64,000 nt of DNA from Eledone cirrhosa. Its lineage: Eukaryota. Shown here piece after piece: positions 1-12,109 of the stretch (position 1 is the first letter of the stretch; every line of letters begins with the position of its first letter). The stretch spans positions 558,001 to 622,000 of the forward strand of contig OZ024747.1 in NCBI GenBank assembly GCA_964016885.1, in the 5' to 3' direction. The translations under genes were made by a program, and so were the position numbers. Below the pieces are notes generated by a model. The model saw only the letters and a program-made list of their open reading frames with translations. It searched no databases and was not told where the DNA came from.

Positions 1-19
1 ATAGTACTTGGTAGGGGTG

Positions 20-205
20 TCATTGTTGTTGATGGTGGTAGTGGTGGAGATGGTGGTGGTGGTGATGGTGGTGGTGGTGGTGGTAGTAGTGGAGGTGGTG
101 GTGGTGGTGGTGGTGATGGTGATAGTAGTGGTAGTGGTGGTGGTAGTAGTGGAGATGGTGGTGGTGATGGTGATAGTGGTGGTAGTGATGTGGTGGAGGT
201 GGTAG
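20..205. repeat. (GGT/GTA/GAT)n trinucleotide microsatellite
   Basis: Seen directly. Confidence 0.95.
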
Positions 206-292
206 AGGTGTCATTACAACGTGACAATACAAGAGAACAGTAGTTTAATCTCAATGTAGAGCTTCATTCTCTAACCTGCTTTTGACTAATTC

Positions 293-530
293 TTCTGCTG
301 GTCACTCCACACTCTGCTGGTCACTCCATACTCTGCTGGTCACTTCACACTCTGCTGGTCACTCCACACTCTGCTGGTCACTTCACACTCTGCTGGTCAC
401 TTCACACTCTGCTGGTCACTTCATACTCTGCTGGTCACTCTATACTCTGCTGGTCACTTCATACTCTGCTGATCACTCCACACTCTGCTGGTCACTCCAT
501 ACTCTGCTGGTCACTCCACACTCTGTTGGT
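293..530. repeat. 19-bp minisatellite (ctctgctggtcactccaca) just upstream of the ferritin ATG
   Basis: About 12 tandem units. Confidence 0.95.
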
Positions 531-565
531 TCTCAACAACAACTCGTCCAAGACTTCCAGGCACA

Positions 566-623
566 ATGATCCGACAATTCCTTTCAATAATACTGTTTGT
601 TTTATTCCTATCTACAAAAGCAG
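566..623 (+). CDS. Ferritin-like exon 1 (signal peptide)
   Basis: ATG ATC CGA...AAA GCA G|gtatgt; [19 protein letters not shown]; phase 1 matches the next exon. Confidence 0.8.
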
Positions 624-3600
624 GTATGTAACTTTGCATTCACACAAACATACACACACGTCTTCATGAGTATGAATGTGTGTGTGTTTGTATGTGGGTC
701 ACTGCCTTCTTTTACTGGTTTCAATTATTGGACTGTGGCCATGCTGGAGCACTGCCTTGATTTAGTCTACCATATCAACCCCAGTACTGTGGCCATGCTG
801 GGGCACTGCCTTAGTCTACCATATCAACCTTTCTTTTCTTTCAAGTTATTTTAATGATCTCTATTTGCTGAACTGCTAAGTTATGTGATATAAACTCAGA
901 TACTGCCGGAAACGTAGACCTAGCTAAGGGGTTCATCATCATCATCATCACTTAACTGTCCTTTTCCCTCCTAGTTTGGGTGGGATGTCAGTACTGAAGT
1001 GAAGCTACTGACCTCTCAGGCTGGGACGATGTGGACAGGTTCCCACTCACATTCTACTGAGTGTCACATCTCACTCACACATGTTCCCACACTCTATTGA
1101 GTGTCACATCTCACTCACACATGTCCCTACACTCTACTGAGTGCTTAGAATCTCTTAGGAAAGAATCGCTGGACAGGTTTTTCAGGCAAAACCAACTGGC
1201 AGAAGACCCAGAGCAAGATAGTTGGATAACATACATGAGCGGGCTGTCATGCTTGGGGATCCAGCTGGATTAATTGGAGAAGGTTGCTTCTGACAGGACC
1301 CACTGGAAGAAGTGTTTGAGGACTGTGCCCCCACCCATCCCCAGGAATAAGTAGGCAGAGGGGAAGAAGATCACCCAATAAAATATCACAACACATTATT
1401 ACATAATCGATGTGAAACACTATAACACCAACAACTTCCATTCTACGCAATTACTATCTAATACTAATCACACAGTACAGACCACATAGTACGTACTAAA
1501 ACACTAACACTACCCAACAAAATAGCATAACTCATACTGAACACAGCCCTCACAACAGTTAAAGAGTTAACTCATACTGAACACAGCTTCACAACAGATG
1601 GAGGGTTAAACATGGATGAGTAAATAAACAACTCTACAGATAAAAACAAAGGAAGGAGTTGTAAAATCAAATCCTAAACTATTAGGAGATGGATATCACA
1701 AGATTCTCTCTCTACACCCCTTCTCAGACTGGTATTAATAACACAAGAGGATTCTCTCTCTACACCACTTCTCAGACTGGTATTAATATCACAAGAGGAT
1801 TCCCTCTCTACACCCCTTCTCAGACTGGTATTAATAACACAAGAGGATTCTCTCTCTACACCCCTTCTCAGACTGGTATTAATAACACAAGAGGATTCTC
1901 TCTCTACACCCCTTCTCAGACTGGTATTAATATTTTCAAGTAACATATTGAAACAGGACTGGACAGCAGCTAAAGAATCAGTCGGATGATATTTGTAAAT
2001 CACATGATGTTGCTTAAACTCTGACATGCACTTGATAGGTTTTCTACCGAGTGCTACATGGCACAAATGAAAGACAGTGTTGTGGCGACTGAGACATCCT
2101 GTTGAGAAAGCCTGCACAGTGTACTTTACATGTGAGTGGAGTTACACTGATATAGGTGAGAAGTTCAAGTATCCTGAGGCTGTTTTCAGAAGTGAAATAT
2201 ATATTATCTAAACTGTACCACAGAATATACCTTGTGGGGATCCTTTTTTTTCTGTCTGTAGAATGGTTAATATGCACAATGTTTATTGTACTAGGTTTAT
2301 TCTTAATCTAAAATACTACACATAACCAAAGAACACAGGGCGGCATATAGAGCAGTGCAGAGAGTGGCATATAGGACTGCACTGGATGCTGCAGAAAAAG
2401 TTGTATACATTTATGCACTGAATGTATGCAAATGTATGTCAAATACAAAGTAGAACTTCACTTTTGTTTTATTTTTTTAAATTTTATTTACCTTCCCTTT
2501 TTTTCAGATGACACAAATGACTGCTGTATTTTGTCGCAATATCATTTGAACTATGCCAAGGCAAGCTATCAATATCTAGAAAAGGTACTTTATTTCTTTG
2601 TGTATCACATGAGTATATATTGAGGTGGTACTAACATAACTTCCTCATACCACTGCATATGGAATATATTTATATATAATAAACATACAAAAGACTTGCT
2701 ATGAATTAAGTTTTGATCATGTCACATCTATCTCAGTAGTGGTGTAAATGTTTTCCCAGAAAATATCAATTTTATTTTATTCTATTTTAAATTAAAGTTC
2801 AATTTTCTTCCGTTGCTTGAATGAATCAATTCTTAGTAAATAAAAATTCCTAAACTAGCTGAAGATTGTCAGCATCAGTTTCTATCAATTTATGTAAAAT
2901 ATAGGGAATCCTGGTGATTGTATTTATTTTACATATTAATAAACCTAGGTAAGACCAGGTACTGCTACTAGTTTGTTTATGTAAATCTATTTATTTCATT
3001 ATTTGCAATGGTTTGTTTGTTTATTCTTAGGCTTTCTTCTTGAAAAAGAACAATGCTTGGCCTGGACTCCATAAATACTTCTTTAATTTAGCACAAGAGA
3101 AAAATTATGCTGCAGACTTAATATCCCGATTCAGAACAATAAAATGTATTAATGGAAATGATAAAGTTTTAAACTTGAAGAGGGTAAGTTATTAACATTT
3201 GATGATAGTAATGGATGTACAACAGTTTATATATACTTCACATGTATTATTGGTAGAGGGTTGGGCGCCATGCTTTCTAGCATAGTTACGTCCCTTTACA
3301 GTCTGAGTTCAAATCCCGCCGAGGTTTACTTTGCCTTTCATCCTTACGGGGTCGATAAAATAAAGTACCAGTAATGTACTGTGTAATTGCTGGCCTTGTG
3401 CCTAAAGTAGAAACAATTGTGTTATGAAAAATCATATTTCTCTAAACTTATGTAGACTTACTTTCTCCACATCATGTCAGAGTATTTTACTGTGTTCTGT
3501 CTTGAACAAAACTTCTAATGTCGTCCTATGTGTTGTTGACCAGTCAAATGTTTCTCTCAGACTTTTGATGGTGTCCATAGTAACCGGTTGAAGGATTCTT

Positions 3601-6600
3601 TCCACAACACCTGAAATCTGTTCCTTTTGGGCTGACTTCTTCTTCACCCTGATAATGCTCAATTAATAACTTAATTAGCAAATTTTGTTTCTGAGGGCCT
3701 CAAGACATTTTCCAATCATTAAAGACATCTTCTGCAGATGATGGTTGACGCAAGGCTGCTGTGGTCTGAATCTGAATTCTTCATTTGGTGTTGGTACTCT
3801 CTAATTTCTCTAGCAGACAAAAATATAATTTAGTTTCAAACCAACAAGAGGACATATTGGATGAGGTATTATAGAACCAGAGGATGTTCCACAGAGTTAA
3901 AGATGAAGCATTTATTTTCAATATTTCCATTTCAACTATGTTTCAGTCATTTTGCTTCCCAACTATCATCAAGTGTCTTATTCCTAGATGTCCTACATAA
4001 GTAGGGTGTCTTGTAGAATAGCAGCAGTCACCTATGCATACAAGTATCTCTTCTTCGTGACACTAATGTTGTCCAAGAGAAACGAAAAGAACAATAGTTT
4101 GGTACCAGTGTCATTGCAACTCACTTTTACCAGTTGAGTTGACTGGAGCAAAATGAAATAGAGTGACTTGCTCAAGGACACAATGTACTGCCAAATAAAG
4201 AAATTGAACTTACATTACAACTGTTAGCTCAGCACCTTGACCATTAAGCCATGGGACTTCACTGTTTACATAACACAAAACTGAATTCAAATTAGGAACC
4301 TTTCATTTTTATAATTACACTCATTACTTTTTTTTCAGGGAACAACTGAAATAAATGAGGACAACTATAATCGTGTAAGTCATCTTCTTCTCCCACACTT
4401 AAATAATGGAGTTTCCATCCTTCATCGGAATCTACAGTACCAGAAGCACAGTATTTTGTTGAGGAAACTCAGAGTATATATAATAACATCTGGCCTTCTC
4501 TAGTTCCTACTCCTGTAATGGTTATAATGTTCCAGTTGCCAATTGTTAACACTTTCTCCTTTCTAGATCCTTCTTGATATATACAACCTTCGTCTGTCCA
4601 TCCCACACCACCAAACATTTCAGCTTTAGATAGAGGCTGCAAAATACATATACCATCAACACCACTTGTCTAACCCATGCTAGCATGGGTTAGACGAGTG
4701 GTCCTGTAGTGAGCAATGCCAGGTCAGGTAACCATGTCTCACTCATACAGAACTGATTTTCACTTGGTTTCTACAGCTAGATGCCCTTCCTAATGCCAAC
4801 AGTGATTACTGATTGCTTTTTGTTGTGACACAACCACTTTATAGTGTGGGCTGGGTGCTTTTTGTCACGTCGCCATCATGACCACTTTATATATATATAC
4901 ACACACAAAGTCTGCAGTACCGAGACCAAAAAGACCACAAATCAATATAGTTGCTTCATCATCATTACTAAACTTCCACTCTTCCTTATAGCAAGGGTTG
5001 GATGAGTCTTCACAGAATGTGTCTGTACTGAAGCAAGACCATTGATGTCACCAGACAGGCTGAGGGTTTGCATCTCACTTACATACAGTTTTGTGGCTAC
5101 CAAATACAAGAGAGGTTATTTCCTTGACACAACTGAAGGGTCTTCCCAAACCTTTCTACAGCTGGATGCCCTTCCTATCACCAACCACTTTACAGAGTGT
5201 ACGGGGGTGTTTTTTTTTGTGTAGATCACTAACACTAGGGAGTTTGTAATATTCTTGACACAACTGATTGGGTCTCATCATCATCACGTCCACTTATCCA
5301 TGCTGGCATGTGTTGGCTATGATGCTTTAACACTGTTTTACAACCAAATGCCCTTCCTAATGTCAGTGAAAAGTTTGAGGAGAGGAACTTTCCTTTCCAG
5401 AGAATCCTTAACTTCTTCAAGTAGCATTTGAAGAGGATAGTGGAGGTGGAGGTGGAGTTTCTACCTTCTAGTGCAGTGGTTCTTAACCTTGTCACAAGAT
5501 ATTGATCCCACTTGGTACTGATCACATGACCAATAAAAGAAACCATTATTATTGGCAGTATCGGGAGAACTTTGCAGCATAGAGTTATGTCCCTTTACGT
5601 TCTGAGTTCGAATCCCGCCAAGGTTAGCTTTGCCTTTCATCCTTGTGGGGTCGATAAAATAAAGTACCAGTAACACACTGGGGTTGATTTAATCGACGTT
5701 CGCTTCCCCAGAATTGCTGGCCTTGTGCCTCAATGAGAAACTATTGTTGTTGTTTCAGACAAATGCTACTACTTATATAAATGATGCTGAGAACATTGAA
5801 GAACACCTACTCCAGTTGTTGAAAGTTAAAATTTTCAATATTAAAGGTGAACATGTAAGTACTGCTACTACTACTGTTGTTGTTGTTGCTGCTGCTATTG
5901 TTGCTATTGCTACTACTATTGTTGTTGCTGTTATTGTTGTTGTTGCTACTACTGTTGTTGCTGCTGCTATTGTTGCTGCTGCTGCTATTGTTGTTGTTGC
6001 TACTGTTGTTGTTGTTGCTACTGCTGCTGCTATTGTTGCTATTGCTACTACTATTGTTGTTGTTGCTACTGCTGTTATTGTTGTTGCTACTACTGTTGTT
6101 GCTATTGTTGCTGTTGCTGCTGCTATTGTTGCTGCTGCTGCTATTGTTGTTGTTGCTACTATTGTTGTTGTTACTGCTGCTATTGTTGTTGTTGCTACTA
6201 CTGTTGTTGCTGCTACTACTATTGTTGTTGTTGTTGCTACTACTGTTATTACTGCTATTGTTGTTGTTCTTGTTGCTGATGATGATAATAATAATGGAGA
6301 CAGATTGAAGGGAAATTTGGTTATTACTTCTAGTAGGTCAACCAACTACACTGGCTTCTCTCCAGGCTCAATAATACACAATTATTGAATGTGGAGGAGG
6401 GGGGTGGGGGGGGGGGGGTATTTTTAATATTTTTATATTTTTTTGTTTTTCTTAATTTGCAGGTGAAACATTTTATAGTCCATAACCTTCTAGGTTATCA
6501 ATACGACCGTCTGTATGAGGTGAAATCACTGTCTCAAAAAATCAGATCTCTTGATACTGGAAAAGACTCATATTATACTATCTGGGATAATTATATTATC

Positions 6601-6666
6601 ACATATGCACGGAGAACCTACGATTATAAGGACTTTCCTGGATATGAAACTATAGAGAAATCATAG
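566..6666 (+). CDS. Secreted, divergent ferritin-like protein (yolk-ferritin/L-chain-like), 6 coding exons, 207 aa
   Basis: Exons 566-623, 2508-2584, 3031-3183, 4339-4374, 5759-5854, 6463-6666 have GT-AG boundaries, compatible phases and total 624 nt. Protein: signal peptide [19 protein letters not shown], then [39 protein letters not shown]...[12 protein letters not shown]...[15 protein letters not shown], aligning by eye to ferritin helices A-D (ELYASYVYLSM, KYFLHQSHEEREHA, ALHLEKNVNQSL, PHLCDFIETHYLNEQ). Three introns sit at canonical ferritin intron positions. Confidence 0.85.
1690..1935. repeat. 48-bp minisatellite (~5 units)
   Basis: caagaggattctctctctacaccccttctcagactggtattaataaca repeated. 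Confidence 0.95.
2508..2584 (+). CDS. Ferritin-like exon 2
   Basis: ttttcag|AT GAC...GAA AAG|gtactt; [26 protein letters not shown] (helix A). Confidence 0.88.
3031..3183 (+). CDS. Ferritin-like exon 3
   Basis: ttcttag|GCT...AGG|gtaagt; [51 protein letters not shown] (helix B). Confidence 0.9.
3250..3418 (+). mobile_element. tRNA-type SINE (abundant family)
   Basis: B-box-like gagttcaaatccc followed by the core gcctttcatccttacggggtcgataaaataaagtaccag. Other copies at ~5552-5745+, 7925-8125+, 27260-27430-, 28060-28200-, 41110-41260+, 45230-45365-, 49295-49400+, 49790-49990+, 50225-50370+, 60580-60790-, 61215-61360-, 62470-62625-. Confidence 0.85.
4339..4374 (+). CDS. Ferritin-like exon 4 (36-nt mini-exon, BC loop)
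   Basis: tttttcag|GGA...CGT|gtaagt; [12 protein letters not shown]; phase 0/0. Confidence 0.7.
5759..5854 (+). CDS. Ferritin-like exon 5
   Basis: tgtttcag|ACA...CAT|gtaagt; [32 protein letters not shown] (helix C). Confidence 0.88.
5860..6295. repeat. (GTT/GCT/ACT)n trinucleotide low-complexity tract in ferritin intron 5
   Basis: Seen directly; explains the poly-L/V/T ORFs. Confidence 0.95.
6463..6666 (+). CDS. Ferritin-like exon 6 (terminal)
   Basis: tttgcag|GTG...TAG; [30 protein letters not shown]...IWDNY...EKS* (helices D/E plus C-terminal extension). Confidence 0.88.
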   Translation: MKHFIVHNLLGYQYDRLYEVKSLSQKIRSLDTGKDSYYTIWDNYIITYARRTYDYKDFPGYETIEKS

Positions 6667-6718
6667 ATTGGAGCCAGAGAATATATCTATGTGTGTACTA
6701 TACATATATATATATAGT

Positions 6719-6784
<66 letters not shown>

Positions 6785-6790
6785 ACATAC

Positions 6791-6839
<49 letters not shown>

Positions 6840-7772
6840 CATGCACACACACATATATATATATATATATATGCATAATGATATGATTATATATATATAT
6901 AATACGATGGTGTTGATGAGGTGTACACGTGTTCAAATATGAATAAATGAAAATTAAAATATTTTAGCAACAAAAGAAAAATTATAATTTCTTATTTTGA
7001 AACCTTATTTGATGTTCCTATTATTGTTGATGGTGTTGTGAGCCTTAATCTAGCAAACATATCATAGACATTCCATCCATGACCATCTCGTCTGTTTCTA
7101 TATCTAACACTACATTATCCAATGTGTCTACTTTGTTTTCCTGATATATGATAAGCAGCCATTTAAAAGGTTTCCCCTCTTGGCTCAAGATGTCTTACTT
7201 TGGTCAAGAAGGTAGGAATTGTATTTAGAAAGTCAACTGACTATCTAGAGACTAGGTTACAAGATGTTCCTCAATGTAGACCCAAAAAAGGGTACTAGCT
7301 ACTGGTGTTGACAGCTATATGGTCAAAATTGTGATTAACATCCTGCCCACACCAAACAGCTAGACATCCTTGAAAAATATAAAACAGTAATATGACTATC
7401 ACATTAGAAAGTCTTTAATACAGCAAATGTTCACAATGATCTGTCTCATAGTAAAATACTATAAACATCTGAATTAACAGACCAGCTTCTTCAACTAGTA
7501 AACATCACATCTAACATGTGCTTATGTTAACTACAGAAATGAGACAAGTCTATTTGTTGCTATTTCTCCTCCTGGTTGCTATTTTATTTTCATATTTTAC
7601 TTTTGTTTTGTTTTCAAAAGTGTGTTTGTTTGTCACTGAAATATCATTTCCCCAATCAGGCTGTTGTATTGATGAAACAATTGAACACTCATCATCAAAG
7701 GTGTGAGAGGTTCATCATTTTATTTTGTTTATGCTGCTTACTGCAAAAGTCAATTCCATCATGTCACCTAAA

Positions 7773-7824
7773 TTACTCCACAGAGGTGTTAAGGGAGGAG
7801 CCAGAGCACAGCTCTAAAATGTAC
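7773..7824 (-). CDS. PTCD3: PTCD3 exon 25 (terminal)
   Basis: Strong polypyrimidine acceptor ...gaacag|G TAC ATT...GAG TAA; [16 protein letters not shown]. Confidence 0.75.
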
Positions 7825-10800
7825 CTGTTCACACACAAAAAAAGAGAAAAAGTATTATATATCATAAATATATTATGATAGTTTTACATCCAGACATTTT
7901 ATTAATTATTCTTTCACATAAGGGTGGCGGATTGGCAGTAGAATTAATAGAGCACTGGACAATGTTTTGTGGCATCTAGTTACGTCCATTTACGTTCTGA
8001 ATCCACTGAAGTTAGTTTTGCCTTTCATCCTTACAGGGTCAATAAAATAAAATACCAGTAATGCACTGGAGGTTGATTTGACTTTTCCCTCTTCTTCAAA
8101 TTGCTAGCTTTGTGTCAAAAAAACAACTAATTATTCTTTCATATACTTACACTGGCTTAAGTCCTTCAACAACAGCCAAGCTGGAGCATCATGGGTAAGG
8201 AATTTACTATCTGGTATTTAAATCTCCCATTTCCTTATCTGATGGGCTCTTACATAACTACCTCCTTTCTTCTCATCGGTCTCAGAAGCCCTGAAAACAG
8301 GTCATAAGCATGGCCCTACCTCTTCGAAATCCCATACTGATTAAAGTCTATTCATATACAAATAAAACTTGGGATTGCAGCAAATCATTGTGTTGCTATC
8401 ATCATCATCATTATATCACTATTTTCCACACTTGCACAAGACAGGTAGCAGGTCAGACAACAATGTCTTACTCATATCTTCTATTTTGGCATTGTCCCTA
8501 TGATTGGATTATCTCCCTTCATGGTTTACTCAATATTACCACCTGGCAAATAAAACAAAACTAACAACTTACTCATCATTTTCACTTAACTGCAGTTCTT
8601 CTTTTATTTTCCTGATCTTCTCTTTTGGAATCATATAACCAATTTTATTCATAGTTTTGGCACATTGCTGCAATACAAAAACAAAACAATCAACATCATC
8701 ATCATCATTTAATGTCTATTTTCTATGTTCGCATAGGTTAGATGAGTAGTTACATGCTGAAGTCTGACTGGTCAGGTGACCAGATCTTGCAACCACTGAG
8801 ATAGTGTGTAAGAGAGAAAACTACATTGGTATGGACATGTGATGTACATGGACAATGACCAATCGATAAAGAAATGCTAGGAAATGCTACGGTAGAGATA
8901 GACCAAAAAAGACCAGAGCAGAGGTTGTGAGAGCTGACCTCAAATCACTAAGACTGGCAGAGGAGTTGATGAAGAAATGCGTCAAGTGGAGAGATGTCGT
9001 GCTAAGAAGGACTCGTCCAACCCATGCAACTTGGAAAAGTGGACATAAAAATGATGATGATAACCCTATCGCCTTTATCACCATCCTCACCAAAACCAGG
9101 ATCAAGGAAGTCCTTTGTATAGTCACTTAACTTGCTAGAAATAACAGCAAAACCTCCCTCCAATCACACTGTACTATATGAAAAAAAAAGGAAGGGCACA
9201 TTAGACAATGTAGTTTGAGATACACTTTACCTGGATGGATACAGCTGGAATGTTTTTCACCACAGGGCAACATATCTTGGGCTATACACCAAAATCCATG
9301 AAGAAGGTGCAGTCCTTGTTGCTGCTGACCAACACAGTGAAACTATAACTAATTATTAGTAATAAAGGATATAATAACTTACCATTACATTTTTACTGAG
9401 CTTTTCACTGAGGCAGCTGTCCAAAAGCATTGACATAGCACTCTCACTGACAAAACAAATATATAATATATAAAGCAGTTTAGTTAACATGAAGTATTGT
9501 GAGATACAAAATATGTGATAAGACGGTACAATTACATATATATATATATACATGCACACATATGAATACATATATATATATATATATATATGTGGTCCAC
9601 ACTGTAAATGTGGTTGGTGTTAGGACGGGCATCCGGCCGCAGAAAACCTGCCAGACAGTCCTATACGAGCGAGACACGGTCACCCGACCAACCTTGCCTC
9701 AAATTGGGACAACTCCCGTCTAACCCATGCTAGCATAGAAGATAGACGTTAAACGATGATGATATATATATATGTACACACATATAAATACATATATATA
9801 TATACAAATGCATACATATAAATACATATATATATATACGCATGCACACATATAAATACATATATCAGAAAGAAACTGATTACTTTCCTCGAGGAAAATG
9901 ACCGCCTGACTGGCATGCAGCATGGCTTTCACCCAGGAAGTAGCTGCTTTACACAGCTGCTACATCACTACGACTGGGTACTGAAACAACTGCTAGACAG
10001 CTCACATGTGGACATGATATATCTTGACTTTGCGAAGGCCTTTGAGAAACTCGACCATGGAATGATATGTCACAAACTACACGGACTCGGCATAACTGGA
10101 AAAGTAGGTGAGTGGCTGCACGACTTCTTAAAGGACAGAAGCCAGACAGTCGCAGCAAACGGGGCCCTCTCAAAGGAAACATCAATAACAAGTGAGGTGC
10201 CCCAAGGCACAGTCCTGGGACCACTACTGTTTTTGGTGGCTCTCTCAGACATGCCCTCTGTAGTACATACAACAACATCCCTCACTAGCTATGCTGATGA
10301 CACTAAGGTAGCACAGGCAATCAAAAACCCGGTTGATGCTGCCCTTTTACAACAAGATCTGGATGCCATATACAAATGGGCGGAAGACAACAACATGCAG
10401 TTTAATGCTGGCAAATTCCAAGCCCTACAATACAAACTTGCAAACACAAATACAGTACAACATAATGACGCCGGACCAGGAGGGACTGATATCCCTGGGT
10501 CCAAATCGATACAAGACCGATGATGCATCTTTTTCCTCACACATCATGAAAGTGGCAACAATGTGCAGACGACTCGCTGGCTGGATCTTGAGGACTTTCC
10601 GGACAAGAGACTGAGACACCATGTTGACACTATGGAGGACATTTGTCCAAAGCCGCCTGGACTATTGCTCCCAGTTGTGGTCACCCCATAGTGTCAAACT
10701 AACCACGGGGCTTGAGGCAATCCAGCAAAGCTACACCAAGAAGATTGCGACGATAAAGGAGATAAGCTACTGGGAGAGGCTAAAAGAACTGAACCTCTAC

Positions 10801-11243
10801 TCCTTGGAACGAAGACAGGAGAGATACGCAGTGATCTACATGTGGAAAATCCTGGAGGGACTAGCACCAAACTTTGGGATTGGGAGCTGGACCAACCGTC
10901 AAACAGGACATCACTGTGTGGTGCCAAAGGTCCCATCTTCCACATCTAGAATAAGAGTAGATATTGCAATAGCCTGGGGTTCAAGGGCCCTCAACTCTTC
11001 AACAAGCAGCCGAGGGATCTGAGAGATCTGCATGGTGTGGAGGTGGATGTCTTCAAGAAACATCTCGAGATCTTGCTATCCAGGATCCTGGATGAGCCCA
11101 CAGCAAGGCAGAAGGGAAATCTAAGGGCAGCAGCAACAAACTCCCTCTTGCACCAGTGGCCAACCAATACAGGCTGGAGATAAAATGTGTAGCAACAAGG
11201 GCGGTGCCCTAACATGGCCTCAGCCAGTAAAAGAGTAAAAGAG

Positions 11244-11275
<32 letters not shown>

Positions 11276-11994
11276 TTCACATGCACACATATAAATCATC
11301 ATCATCATTTTATGCCTGCTTTTCCCTGCTTGCAAGGGTGGGACGGGTCTTATTCAGCACAGCATCTCTCTACTTGTCACGGTCCTTCGTCATCTTCTCT
11401 GTGAGCTTCAGCAATCTGAGGTCTGCTCTCACCACCTCCGCCCATGTTTTTCGTGGTCTATCTCTACTGCGTCTTCCTTCTACTTGGATTTCTTGGCACC
11501 TCTTTACCCAGCGGTCATCCTCCATGCGCATCACATGTTCATACCATCTCAGCCTTCTCTCCTGAACACCACAACTTATCCCTCTTATACCCGGTCTCTT
11601 TCTCAACTCGCCTATGCTTGGTCGTTCATGCACATGGGCATTGCACATCCAACGGAGCATACTTGCTTCATTTCTCTCCAGCCGTCGCATATCTTCTGCA
11701 GTTGCTGCCCATGTCTCACTACCATGCAGCATTGCGCATCTCACACAGGCATCATATAACCGTCCTTTCGTACACAGGGAGAAACCCTTCTTAGTTAACA
11801 GAGGAAGCAGCTCCCTAAACTTCTTCCAACCCATCCTTATTCTAGATACTATGACCTCAGAATACCCACCTCCCATGCTAATCTGATCACCTAGGTACTG
11901 AAAGCTATCAACCACTTCTTTAGAACCCACCTGCATTGGAAAAATGTGTCCATCACTGCGATTACTATATACATATGCATGTAAACATATAAAT

Positions 11995-12027
<33 letters not shown>

Positions 12028-12078
12028 CATACACACACACACACACATATATACACACAAACTCACATATATATATAT

Positions 12079-12109
<31 letters not shown>

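Noticed and set aside
3250-3418. tRNA gene suggested by the gttcaaatccc B-box
   Set aside because: No cloverleaf; it is the head of a multi-copy SINE.
3477-3800. Possible LTR-retrotransposon pol remnant on - (FDWSTTH...)
   Set aside because: Too short and degenerate to assign by eye; needs BLASTX.
5714-6388. 224/190/143-aa Val/Thr/Leu-rich ORFs
   Set aside because: Trinucleotide microsatellite read-through; only 5759-5854 is an exon.
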